DNA of 51,339 nt from Actinomycetota bacterium. GTDB lineage: Bacteria; Actinomycetota; Actinomycetes; Nanopelagicales; Nanopelagicaceae. Under the pieces are notes generated by a model. It was given only the letters and a program-made list of their open reading frames with translations. It made no database searches and was not told where the DNA came from. Of this stretch, positions 34,789-45,422 are shown one piece after another. The stretch is taken from the NCBI GenBank assembly GCA_027592195.1, contig JAQCKU010000001.1, forward strand, positions 1-51,339. Reading direction: 5' to 3'. How positions within the stretch are numbered: the stretch's first letter is position 1; each line of letters opens with the position of its first letter. The position numbers were made by a program, and so were the translations under genes.

Positions 34789-35169
34789 CTAACTACTTCT
34801 CTCGACCGAGGTAATCGAGGAGAGCAGACGTGAATACCAAGGAATTCCTATTGGAAAATCTCGGGCAACCTCACCAGCAGTGAGATTCACATTATTTTCA
34901 TTGGCCATAATCCCAAGAACGATATATTGCTTCTCACCTGGCATAACAAAACGCAAACGATCTCTTGCTTGGGATTTTATATATTCAGGATCTTGCCACC
35001 GTTGCAATTGAGCCTTTGCTTCTTCTAAATCTCGCTGAGCTTGGCTTACTTCACCTTCAAGTGCGCTGATCTGTGCTCGTTGAACAAAATAATTCTGCAG
35101 CGGTGGGGCAACCATAATTGCGGTTATAAATAAAACTGAGAAGAGAATTAATGAGCGACTAGATTTCAT
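34789..35169 (-). CDS. Septum formation initiator (FtsB/DivIC family)
   Basis: Single N-terminal TM followed by a coiled coil (ISALEGEVSQAQRDLEEAKAQLQRW). Immediately downstream of eno. Confidence 0.75.
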   Translation of the reverse strand: MKSSRSLILFSVLFITAIMVAPPLQNYFVQRAQISALEGEVSQAQRDLEEAKAQLQRWQDPEYIKSQARDRLRFVMPGEKQYIVLGIMANENNVNLTAGEVARDFPIGIPWYSRLLSSITSVERSS

Positions 35170-35226
35170 TACCCATCCTCTCCATAACTACTTAGAAGTA
35201 GCTCTTGATAGCGTGTGGCTAAGAGT

Positions 35227-36507
<1,281 letters not shown>

Positions 36508-36593
36508 TTAACTCTCCTAAATATTTCTTCTTAGCTACTGGAATCAATCTTGGAGCTAAATTCTACCTTAGGAGATCTTAGAGATAGATAAAG

Positions 36594-37226
36594 CTAAATA
36601 CTTCTATCGCTTCCCTCTGCAAATCTCAATGCGCTAGCTCTCAATTGCGCCTCTGGATCAAGGTTATTTTCAATAGCAAATCGTAGAAGGGCCATAATTT
36701 GATCGCCTAGGTTCTCTTTAGTCAACAATTCTTCTCTATCAACTGCCGGTAGCTCCTTATTGTTATCTCTCGCTCTCGCCAATAACTTTGTTGCCAGAGA
36801 GAGCGCAGGTTGTCCGAATGGGACGCCATCGAAAATATCGTTTCGAGATTTTTCAGAATTTTTCAATTTTTCCCAATTATTTATCGCTTCTTCACTTGAA
36901 TTAACTTTTACATCACTGAATACATGGGGATGGCGTGAAATTAATTTCTCTATGAGCTTGCCTGCAACTTCATCGATACTAAATGGATTATCTGATCTTT
37001 CCTCTGCAATTCTTGCATGAAAAAATACCTGAAGCAGTAGATCTCCAAGCTCTTCCAACATTCCATCTCGATCATTTTTTTCAACAGAGTCAATAAATTC
37101 ATATGATTCTTCGAGAAGATACTTGAGTAGGCTCTGATGAGTTTGTTCACTATCCCAAGGACAACCCCCAGGAGATCGCAATTGATCCATTACTTCTCTC
37201 AGTTGAGTTAATGGATCTTTATTCAT
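36594..37226 (-). CDS. mazG: Nucleoside triphosphate pyrophosphohydrolase MazG (single-domain, 210 aa)
   Basis: EESYEFIDSV ... EELGDLLLQVFFHARIA MazG metal-binding helices. Confidence 0.85.
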   Translation of the reverse strand: MNKDPLTQLREVMDQLRSPGGCPWDSEQTHQSLLKYLLEESYEFIDSVEKNDRDGMLEELGDLLLQVFFHARIAEERSDNPFSIDEVAGKLIEKLISRHPHVFSDVKVNSSEEAINNWEKLKNSEKSRNDIFDGVPFGQPALSLATKLLARARDNNKELPAVDREELLTKENLGDQIMALLRFAIENNLDPEAQLRASALRFAEGSDRSI

Positions 37227-37229
37227 TTA

Positions 37230-37850
37230 TTAGTTACTGGGCTCGACCGCATCATTGCCACTTGTTGGCTGGATTGAAGCAGTCTTTGCATCCCATATTC
37301 CATAGCGAGGATTGAGAGTAACTTTCAACTCAGCAGCTTTATCTACTAAAAGAATCTGTTGAGCTTGAGGAAGATCCGCTTCGGCAACTCCTTGCGAGAG
37401 AAGAATCTGACCAATTTGCTCGTAAATCGATGAAGCTAGAATGTAGAGGTCAAGATCTTCGATTGCAATCACAGCTCCTACAAGAGCACGTGGCAGAGCT
37501 TCTGCGCCACCTAGCTGTTCAATGATAAATTCTCGCTCGTTACTCACATCAGTCTTGCTAATGTTTATTCCAAATTGATCACCAATTTTTTTCAATAGTT
37601 CAACAGTTATATGAAATTGAGCTTGAGATACAACAAGTAATTGATCTTCAGGTAGATCCAGTCCGGCGGTATCAACAAGGGCTCGTTCGGCAATAATGCT
37701 ATCCACGCTATTTTGGATGGTTGTTAATGAGATTTCCTGATCACCGATTATTGCAGCTGCGCTCATCTTGGAACAACCTGACAGAATTAATACTAGGGAA
37801 AGAAGTGGAGCTATAAGGGCAACCCTTAACATTTTCTTACTCAATTTCAT
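37230..37850 (-). CDS. Lipoprotein, SurA-N-terminal-like chaperone domain
   Basis: Signal peptide with lipobox LILSGC, then a helical region. Sits between mfd and mazG. Confidence 0.6.
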   Translation of the reverse strand: MKLSKKMLRVALIAPLLSLVLILSGCSKMSAAAIIGDQEISLTTIQNSVDSIIAERALVDTAGLDLPEDQLLVVSQAQFHITVELLKKIGDQFGINISKTDVSNEREFIIEQLGGAEALPRALVGAVIAIEDLDLYILASSIYEQIGQILLSQGVAEADLPQAQQILLVDKAAELKVTLNPRYGIWDAKTASIQPTSGNDAVEPSN

Positions 37851-37863
37851 TCTTTCCTCTCAA

Positions 37864-40800
37864 TTACTGGAGATTATCCAACACAGCTTCAACCCATTGA
37901 AGAGTTGCAACTTCACTATCGTTGATCTCGCTCCCTACTTTATCTGATAGTTCTCGGTACTTTGAAACTGTGGTGAAGTTTGCGTTTAGGTTATGGGTCA
38001 CAAGCAGATTGTTCATCGCCCGCTTGAAGAGCGAGCCTGGATAAAGTCGTTTCATGCGTAGCTCTTTTGACTCAGGCAGAGTAATTGAGGAGACCTTTAA
38101 ATATTGAGCCTGCCAGATAAGCTCAGTTATACCCATCTCACGAGCGCGATTGCGAATTCTGGCCACATGCCCCAGGCGAGTGACTTGGATTGGAATGCCA
38201 CCGAATCTATCCTCTAGCTCAGAGAAGATCTCTGCTATCTCTTCATTTTTATAAGCCCCAGCCATCCGTCGATATATATCAAGACGTAATCTCTCACTAG
38301 AAATATAGCCATCAGGGATATGAGCTGTTACTGGAATTTCTACCTTACATTCTTTATGTGGGGTTATCTGATTCTGGCTGGGAACTATCCCAACTTTTAA
38401 TTCGCTTACTGCCTCACTGACCATTCTCATATAAAGATCAAAACCAACATCTGCAATATGACCTGATTGCTCGCCGCCAAGTAAATTTCCAGCTCCGCGC
38501 ATCTCCAGATCCTTTAGCGCAACTTGCATCCCTGCTCCAAGATCAGTATTTGTTGCAATTGTTGTTAATCGATCACTGGCAACTTCACTGATTGGCTTTT
38601 CTCCATCATAAAGAAAGTAGGCATAACCACGCTCTCTACCTCTTCCAACCCGCCCGCGCAATTGATGCAGCTGTGAAAGTCCAAAAAGATCTGCACGCTC
38701 CACAATTAAAGTATTTGCATTGGCAACATCAATCCCATTTTCAATGATGGTTGTTGAAACCAAAACATCAAATTTTCTATTCCAAAAATCGAGTATTACC
38801 CCTTCAAGGACAGATTCATTCATCTGGCCATGAGCAATTGCAATCTTTGCATCTGGAATCCATTTGCGTAACCTTGCGGCGGCATCTTCAATACTTTCAA
38901 CTCGGTTATGGAGGTAAAAAACTTGCCCATCTCTTAATAGTTCGCGGTGAATTGCCGCTGCTACCTGTTTATAATCAAAAGGGCCAATATAGGTAAGAAT
39001 TGGGTGTCGATCTTCTGGTGGTGTAGTTATTGTAGACATCTCGCGAATACCAGTAATAGCCATCTCCAAAGTTCTTGGAATTGGTGTAGCGCTCATCGCT
39101 AAGACATCAACGCTAGTCCGTAATTGTTTGAGATTTTCTTTATGTTCTACCCCAAATCTCTGTTCCTCATCAACGATTAAGAGCCCTAGATCTTTAAATT
39201 CAATATCCTTTGATAGTAGGCGATGGGTCCCAATTACCAGATCGAGACTGCCATTTTTTAATCCTTCAAGAATTTCACGAGTTTGACTTGCCGAATTAAA
39301 TCTCGAGAGCGCCCCCACTTTCACCGGAAATCCTGCATACCTTCCAGTAAATGTCGCAAAATGCTGCTGGACTAAGAGTGTAGTTGGAACAAGAACTGCA
39401 ACCTGTTTCCCATCTTGTATCGCCTTAAAAGCCGCTCTTATCGCTATCTCAGTTTTTCCATAGCCAACATCTCCACAGACTAAACGATCCATAGGATAGG
39501 AAGATTCCATATCTTTTTTCACTTCATCAATAGTTGAAAGTTGATCAGGAGTCTCTACAAATGAGAAAGAATCTTCCAACTCGCGCTGCCATTGGGTATC
39601 AGGTGAAAATGCATAGCCAGGAACACTAGTTCGGGCAGCATAAAGCTTAATTAATTCACTGGCGATCTCCTTGATCGCTTTTCTTGCCCTGGCTTTTGAC
39701 CTTATCCAATCACTTCCACCAATTTTATGGAGAGTAGGTGAATCACCGCCAATATATCTTGATACAAGCTCTAAAGAATCTGTCGGTACATAAATACGAT
39801 CCCCAGGATGCCCACGCTTGGAAGGTGCATACTCCAAAATAAGATACTCGCGCTCAATTCCAGCGACAGATCTTGAAGTTAATTCGATAAATTTTCCAAT
39901 TCCATGATGTTCATGAACAACATAATCACCTTTTGAGAGCGTAATTGGATCAATCTCTTTTTTTCTACGAGATGGAAGTTTTGATGAATCTGAGATTGCA
40001 TTCTCGCCACCTTTACTGCCTGAGATATCTTTATCACTAAGAAAAACAATCTTTTCTTCAATCGATATAAAGCCACCTTGAAGCGGTGAGGTTGTTAGAT
40101 AGATTAGCCCTGGATGGAGCTCTCCGTTGGAATCTAAAAACTTTGTGGGAAACTTCTCTGAAATCAATTCGTCATATCTTTTTAAAAGCCCATTGGTTGA
40201 GGCTCCAATAACAATTCGATAATTCTCGGTGCTCCATACCATTAAATCTTCAAGCAAAGCCTCTATTTTTCCTTTATAAGCTGGAGAGTTTTCTGCCTGC
40301 CAAGCCATCTCTGAACGCTCCGCAATATAGCTATTGAAATTTCTGATTCGAAACCCAGAGCTCTCTATCTCCGCAAAAATTTCATCAATATGATAAAAGC
40401 TCCCACTCTCAAGGTTATTTTGAAGATTAATTGGGGTCTGCCCACCATTGGCAGCAGTTGACCAAGCAGCCTCTAAAAATTCTTTGTCGGTACGCTCTAA
40501 TTCGATTGCACGATTTCTTATCCGATTACTATCTATCAGGATAATTTCACTAGATTTTGGAATAAGAGTATGAAATGGTGTTAAGTTTTCAGCTAAGGCA
40601 CCAGAGAGAGATTCCATTCCCGGAAGATAAATTCCTTCCTGAATCTTGCTCGTTAAATCTCTGATCTCTTCAAATTCATCACCAATTCGAGCAGCTCGTT
40701 TCCTCACTTCATCTGTGATGAGAAGCTCTCTACAAGGAAGAATAACGATGCTATCTAGATTTTCTCCATAGGAGCGTTGATCAGATATAGCGAAATACTT

Positions 40801-41397
40801 CATCTCTTCGATTTCTTCATCGAAAAAATCGACTCTAATAGGATGATGAGATCCAGAGGGAAAGAGATCTACCAATCCACCACGGACCGCAAAATCACCC
40901 CGTTTTTCCACTAAATCAACTCTTCGATAAGCCATGGCGACCAATTTTTCAGAGAGGGTTCTTTGTTGAATCTGCATACCCATTTTCAATTCTAGGAGCG
41001 AACCTTCTCCTTGGCTGATAACTGGTTGCAATAATGATCGAATTTGAGTTACTACAACTTTTAATTTTTCTTTATTTTCATCTTTCACTAAATTCTTGAT
41101 TCTATGGAGAGTTTCAATTCTTCGTGCGACTGTGTCAGATTGTGGACTCAATTTTTCATGCGGCAGTGTTTCCCATGCAGGAAACTGGGCAACAGCTTCA
41201 CTTCCCAAAAGTGATCGCAACTCTTGAGCTAATTCTGCCTCTGCTCGAGTCGATGAAGTGACCACAATGAGAAATTTAGATTCCGCTCGATAAGCAAGAG
41301 CAATAGGCAAAATAGCTGATGAGACCTGGATATCTATCTGCTTTTGATCATTTAATGGAGAACTTTCACCAAGGGCTCTTACGAGCTGATAACTCAT
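37864..41397 (-). CDS. mfd: Transcription-repair coupling factor Mfd
   Basis: 1177 aa. CarD/TRCF RNAP-interaction domain (VVHEHHGIGKF); SF2 motor GDVGYGKTE and DEEQRFG. Confidence 0.95.
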   Translation of the reverse strand: MSYQLVRALGESSPLNDQKQIDIQVSSAILPIALAYRAESKFLIVVTSSTRAEAELAQELRSLLGSEAVAQFPAWETLPHEKLSPQSDTVARRIETLHRIKNLVKDENKEKLKVVVTQIRSLLQPVISQGEGSLLELKMGMQIQQRTLSEKLVAMAYRRVDLVEKRGDFAVRGGLVDLFPSGSHHPIRVDFFDEEIEEMKYFAISDQRSYGENLDSIVILPCRELLITDEVRKRAARIGDEFEEIRDLTSKIQEGIYLPGMESLSGALAENLTPFHTLIPKSSEIILIDSNRIRNRAIELERTDKEFLEAAWSTAANGGQTPINLQNNLESGSFYHIDEIFAEIESSGFRIRNFNSYIAERSEMAWQAENSPAYKGKIEALLEDLMVWSTENYRIVIGASTNGLLKRYDELISEKFPTKFLDSNGELHPGLIYLTTSPLQGGFISIEEKIVFLSDKDISGSKGGENAISDSSKLPSRRKKEIDPITLSKGDYVVHEHHGIGKFIELTSRSVAGIEREYLILEYAPSKRGHPGDRIYVPTDSLELVSRYIGGDSPTLHKIGGSDWIRSKARARKAIKEIASELIKLYAARTSVPGYAFSPDTQWQRELEDSFSFVETPDQLSTIDEVKKDMESSYPMDRLVCGDVGYGKTEIAIRAAFKAIQDGKQVAVLVPTTLLVQQHFATFTGRYAGFPVKVGALSRFNSASQTREILEGLKNGSLDLVIGTHRLLSKDIEFKDLGLLIVDEEQRFGVEHKENLKQLRTSVDVLAMSATPIPRTLEMAITGIREMSTITTPPEDRHPILTYIGPFDYKQVAAAIHRELLRDGQVFYLHNRVESIEDAAARLRKWIPDAKIAIAHGQMNESVLEGVILDFWNRKFDVLVSTTIIENGIDVANANTLIVERADLFGLSQLHQLRGRVGRGRERGYAYFLYDGEKPISEVASDRLTTIATNTDLGAGMQVALKDLEMRGAGNLLGGEQSGHIADVGFDLYMRMVSEAVSELKVGIVPSQNQITPHKECKVEIPVTAHIPDGYISSERLRLDIYRRMAGAYKNEEIAEIFSELEDRFGGIPIQVTRLGHVARIRNRAREMGITELIWQAQYLKVSSITLPESKELRMKRLYPGSLFKRAMNNLLVTHNLNANFTTVSKYRELSDKVGSEINDSEVATLQWVEAVLDNLQ

Positions 41398-41436
41398 TAA
41401 CTGCGCCCCATCTCATATTTTTTATTTTTTAAACTT

Positions 41437-42027
41437 CTAAGAATTAAATGCTGATTGAGCTTTTTCTAACCCTTCCAATATTAAGAGTTCAATTGCATCA
41501 CAGACCTTTGGAAGGAAGAAATCTAACTCTTTCCTCTCTTCGCTATTAAAGGTTTTTAAAACAAAATCAGCAGGATCGCCACTTCCTTGCGGTCTGCCAA
41601 TTCCTAATCTAATTCGAAAATAATCAGGTGAACCAAGCGAGCCGGTCATGCTCTTCAGTCCATTATGACCGTTTTCACCACCTCCGAATTTAATTCGCAT
41701 AGTGGCAAAATCAATATCAAGTTCATCATGAAGCGCAATGATCCTCGAGTTCTCTACAGAATAGAAATCACGAAGTGATTTAACTGGTCCACCTAGATTA
41801 TTCATGTACGAGAGCGGTTTAGCCAGAAGAAGTTGAGCTTGAAGATCTTGGTTTTGAATTCGAAATTCAGCAACGCTATTTACTCTCTTATGGAGAGAGA
41901 AAGAGCTATTAAATTTCTTTGCAAGAGCATCTACAGCCATCGCTCCAATATTATGGCGAGTCTTTAGATATTCCTGCCCAGGATTTCCAAGGCCAACCAC
42001 GATCCAGCGTTGGGGCGCGGTTGACAT
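41437..42027 (-). CDS. pth: Peptidyl-tRNA hydrolase
   Basis: VVGLGNPG, RHNIGAM and GHNGLKS motifs. I chose ATG 42027 (8 nt after the rplY stop); the longer track ORF would overlap rplY. Confidence 0.9.
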   Translation of the reverse strand: MSTAPQRWIVVGLGNPGQEYLKTRHNIGAMAVDALAKKFNSSFSLHKRVNSVAEFRIQNQDLQAQLLLAKPLSYMNNLGGPVKSLRDFYSVENSRIIALHDELDIDFATMRIKFGGGENGHNGLKSMTGSLGSPDYFRIRLGIGRPQGSGDPADFVLKTFNSEERKELDFFLPKVCDAIELLILEGLEKAQSAFNS

Positions 42028-42034
42028 ATCGAAA

Positions 42035-42667
42035 CTACTTCTTCTCGGAGTCGCCTTCTGCAGGAGCAGCTTCGCCAGTTGTTGGCGCAGCTTCACCTTC
42101 AGCAGGAGCAACAGCCACTGGCTCTTCAATGGTGGCACGTACAGAGAGGTGAACAACGATTGAAGTTGGATCACTTACTAGCGTGGTGCCTTGCGGAAGT
42201 TTTACATCCGCTGCAGTTTTGGACTCGCCAGCCATAAGACCAGTTAGATCTAATTCCAAGAATTGTGGAATGGAAATTGCAAGACATTCAACTTCAATTG
42301 TATTTTGAACATGCTCCAAAATTCCATCTCGGTCAAAAGTTCCCTCAGCATGAACTGGAACAGATACGGTAACCCGCTCATCTCTTCGCACAAGAAGTAA
42401 GTCAATATGTTCCAAATGGCCCTTTAAAGGATTGCGAACAATGGATTTAGGTAAAGTTAGCTCAACAGATCCTTCGATATCAATATCGAGAAGAACGTTT
42501 GATGTTTTGATAGCCGCTAAAACTTCTTTCGCAGGCAACGAAATATGAACTGGTTGCGATCCGTGACCGTAAATAACAGCAGGAACTTGTCCATCTCGTC
42601 TTATTCTTCTAGATGCACCTTTGCCAAATTCAAGCCGGCGCAAAGCTTTAATTGAAATCTCTGCCAT
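42035..42667 (-). CDS. rplY: 50S ribosomal protein L25 / general stress protein Ctc
   Basis: Two-domain L25/Ctc (RRDGQVPAVIYGHG...) with an Ala/Pro/Glu-rich tail. SD AGGA upstream. Confidence 0.9.
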   Translation of the reverse strand: MAEISIKALRRLEFGKGASRRIRRDGQVPAVIYGHGSQPVHISLPAKEVLAAIKTSNVLLDIDIEGSVELTLPKSIVRNPLKGHLEHIDLLLVRRDERVTVSVPVHAEGTFDRDGILEHVQNTIEVECLAISIPQFLELDLTGLMAGESKTAADVKLPQGTTLVSDPTSIVVHLSVRATIEEPVAVAPAEGEAAPTTGEAAPAEGDSEKK

Positions 42668-42807
42668 GGTTTTTCCTTTTCATCGTCGATTACGGACTTC
42701 TAGTCCCTCGCCTTAACTCCAAGAGAATTTAGGTTTGGAGCGAGCGCAAAGATTAGCGGTTAGATAGAAAAAAGAGCAAATCACCTCAGTATTTTCTATC
42801 AGCAAGG

Positions 42808-43788
42808 CTAGGAATGGCCATCAAAGAGGCTAGTTACCGAGCCATCTTCAAATACTTCTTTTACCGCTCTTGCGATTAACGGTGCGATCGAGAGCACTGT
42901 TAATTTATCAAATCTATTTGCCTCTGCTATCGGGAGCGTATTTGTGACAACAACTTCGCTCACCTTTGAATTTCTTAACCGATCAGCGGCTGGTCCTGAG
43001 AAAACCGCATGGGTTGCAGCAATTATGACCTCTGATGCACCTTCATCTATAAGGGCATCAACAGCTTTTGAAATCGTTCCTGCCGTATCAATCATGTCAT
43101 CAATAACAACGCAAGTCTTACCTTTAACATCTCCAACTACTTTTCCAGTGATAGCTTCATTGGGAATTCTTGGATCTCTGGTTTTATGTATAAAAGCAAT
43201 TGAAGCGCCACCGAGCAGATCACTCCATCGCTCTGCTACTCGAACTCTTCCTGAATCTGGAGAGACAATTGCTAATTTACTCCGATTCACTCTCTTACCC
43301 ACATAATCAGCTAATAGTGGAAGTGCAAAAAGATGGTCAACTGGGCCATCAAAAAATCCTTGAATCTGTGCGGTATGGAGATCAACAGTCATTAATCGAT
43401 CAGCGCCAGCAGTTTTAAATAGATCTGCCATCAGCCTTGCAGAGATGGGCTCTCGGCCACGATGTTTTTTATCTTGTCGCGCATATCCATAAAATGGTGC
43501 CACAACTGTGATTCTTTTTGCAGAAGCACGTTTTAGCGCATCGACCATAATCAATTGCTCCATGATTTGCTTATTTACTGGAGCGGTATGGGATTGAATA
43601 ACAAAAGCATCACATCCACGCACACTCTCCTCAAAACGAACAAATATTTCGCCATTAGCAAAATCATAAGCAGATGTTGGGGTAATAGGAACGTCGAGCT
43701 GTTCTGCGACCTCAAGAGCGAGCTCTGGAAATCCACGACCAGTAAATAGACGAAGCCGCTTCTCTGAACTTAACCGCAGTTCATTCAT
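42808..43788 (-). CDS. prs: Ribose-phosphate pyrophosphokinase
   Basis: VSPDSGRVRVA and the PRPP-binding loop VVIDDMIDTAGT. Confidence 0.95.
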   Translation of the reverse strand: MNELRLSSEKRLRLFTGRGFPELALEVAEQLDVPITPTSAYDFANGEIFVRFEESVRGCDAFVIQSHTAPVNKQIMEQLIMVDALKRASAKRITVVAPFYGYARQDKKHRGREPISARLMADLFKTAGADRLMTVDLHTAQIQGFFDGPVDHLFALPLLADYVGKRVNRSKLAIVSPDSGRVRVAERWSDLLGGASIAFIHKTRDPRIPNEAITGKVVGDVKGKTCVVIDDMIDTAGTISKAVDALIDEGASEVIIAATHAVFSGPAADRLRNSKVSEVVVTNTLPIAEANRFDKLTVLSIAPLIARAVKEVFEDGSVTSLFDGHS

Positions 43789-43803
43789 ATTTTCTCTTGC
43801 CCC

Positions 43804-45219
43804 TTAACTCTTCTGCTTTTTTTTGGCTACTTCTGCTGACTTAGTTCCTGATCTTTTTCGCAAGACCCAATCTAAAATATTTCTCTGTCGAGAACGTCCT
43901 ACCCCCATCGCTCCCGCTGGTACATCTTCAGTAATAACAGAACCTGCTGCAGTATATGCGCCATCTCCAACACTTACCGGAGCGATCAACATCGTATCGC
44001 TTCCTATCCGAACATGATCGCCAATCTCAGTTCGATGCTTCTCTACTCCATCATAATTAACTACAACTGTTGCGGCGCCAATATTTGTCCCTTCACCAAT
44101 TTGAGCATCCCCAATATAGGAAAGGTGTGGAACTTTACTTGCCGAACCTATCGTTGAATTTTTAATCTCAACATAGGCGCCAACTTTTACATCAGTTGCC
44201 AACTCAGTTCCTGCTCGAAGATAAGAGTAAGGTCCCACTTTTGCTCTATATCCAATTACTGAGCTCTGGCAATGTGATTCTATGATTTGGGCGCTCTGAC
44301 CTACTGAACAATCTATGAGAGTGGTCCGTGGGCCAATTACTGATCCCGTTTCAATAATGGTCTTCCCATATAAGGAAGTAGCTGGAAGAAGTGTTACATC
44401 TGGAGCTATTTCTACCCCTAAATCAATCCAAGTTGTCATGGGATCAATGATGCTTACTCCAGATTTCATCCATTGATAATTAATACGATCGCGCATCAGT
44501 GCAGCGCACTCCGCTAATTGAATTCGATCATTGACACCAAATATTTCACTATAATCCTCAGTTATATAAGCATTAACAAACTTATTTTCATCTTTTAGGA
44601 TTTGAATTACATCGGTAAGATATTCCTCACCTTGTGAATTATTAGTTGAAATCTTTCTTAAAGCCGTAGATAAATCTTCTACTTCAAAAATATAAACACC
44701 TGAATTTACCTCGGTTAAAGATCTTTCAAAATCTGAACAGTCTTTCTCTTCTACTATCCGCATTACCTCGCCATTGACACCTCTTACAATCCGTCCATAT
44801 CCAAATGGATCAGATAGCTCTGCTGTCAGAATGGTAACTCTGGCTTTGCTCTCTTTATGTACTTTGACTAAATTTTTTAACGTTAAACCAGTGAGAAGAG
44901 GTGTGTCACCAGCCAGAACAATGACGCTGCCACCATTTCCGCCAGCTATTTGAGATAGAGCCATTCGAGTTGCATGGCCAGTTCCATTACGCTCTTTTTG
45001 ATGTATTAGCTCTGCGCTCGGAAGCGTTGCTTGAATATGGCTGGAAACTTCTTCAATTCCAGACCCAACCACTATTGCAGTTGTTAAAGGTTCTATCTCT
45101 TTTACAGCGCCTAGTACATGCCCAATAAGTGAGCGTCCTGCAATCTCATGGAGAACTTTTGCCTTTGCAGATTTCATTCTGGTTCCTTCTCCGGCAGCCA
45201 GAATGATTGCTATCTCCAC
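43804..45219 (-). CDS. glmU: Bifunctional UDP-GlcNAc pyrophosphorylase / GlcN-1-P acetyltransferase GlmU
   Basis: LAAGEGTRMKS nucleotidyltransferase loop plus C-terminal hexapeptide-repeat beta-helix. GTG start at 45219. Confidence 0.95.
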   Translation of the reverse strand: MEIAIILAAGEGTRMKSAKAKVLHEIAGRSLIGHVLGAVKEIEPLTTAIVVGSGIEEVSSHIQATLPSAELIHQKERNGTGHATRMALSQIAGGNGGSVIVLAGDTPLLTGLTLKNLVKVHKESKARVTILTAELSDPFGYGRIVRGVNGEVMRIVEEKDCSDFERSLTEVNSGVYIFEVEDLSTALRKISTNNSQGEEYLTDVIQILKDENKFVNAYITEDYSEIFGVNDRIQLAECAALMRDRINYQWMKSGVSIIDPMTTWIDLGVEIAPDVTLLPATSLYGKTIIETGSVIGPRTTLIDCSVGQSAQIIESHCQSSVIGYRAKVGPYSYLRAGTELATDVKVGAYVEIKNSTIGSASKVPHLSYIGDAQIGEGTNIGAATVVVNYDGVEKHRTEIGDHVRIGSDTMLIAPVSVGDGAYTAAGSVITEDVPAGAMGVGRSRQRNILDWVLRKRSGTKSAEVAKKKQKS

Positions 45220-45225
45220 ATCCGC

Positions 45226-45231
45226 AGTCTA
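45226..45231 (-). promoter_or_regulatory. Candidate -10 box (TAGACT) for a leaderless glmU-prs transcript
   Basis: The minus strand reads TAGACT-GCGGAT-GTG, with exactly 6 nt between the hexamer and the GTG at 45219. Confidence 0.4.
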
Positions 45232-45338
45232 TTCGCTCAAGGTGGCCCTAGAAAAAGATTCTCTCCAAAAGATTGAGCTAAAACTCGCGCGCTGAAGAGC
45301 AATTTGATCGAAAAGTCAGAGAAGATCTGGCGAGGATA

Positions 45339-45413
45339 TGGCTCCTCCACCTGGTATCGATCCAGGACCCTGGGCTTCAAAGGCCCATGTGCTAGCCACT
45401 ACACAATGGAGGA
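45339..45413 (-). tRNA. tRNA-Gln (anticodon UUG)
   Basis: The reverse complement folds as: UCCUCCA UU GUGU AGUGGCUA GCAC A UGGGC CUUUGAA GCCCA GGGU CCUGG AUCGAUA CCAGG UGGAGGA G CCA. It has the U1-A72 pair and G73 typical of Gln, and CCA is encoded. The T-loop has A at position 54. Confidence 0.9.
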
Positions 45414-45422
45414 AGCTGTAGT

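Noticed and set aside
42035-42125. Apparent DNA repeats in the 3' end of rplY (gcagcttcgcc / gcagcttcacc, caggagca twice).
   Set aside because: These are imperfect, and they simply encode the low-complexity Ala/Pro/Glu tail (APAEGEAAPTTGEAAPAEG) common in actinobacterial L25/Ctc. They are not a discrete repeat element.
42668-42807. A structured 140-nt leader upstream of rplY-pth as a ribosomal-protein autoregulatory leader, or as the prs terminator. The hairpins are GATAGAAAA...TTTTCTATC, CTCCAA...TTGGAG and GGACT-aga-AGTCC.
   Set aside because: The stems are short or AT-rich, and none is followed by a proper U-tract. I recognise no known r-protein leader motif. It needs covariation analysis before any claim.
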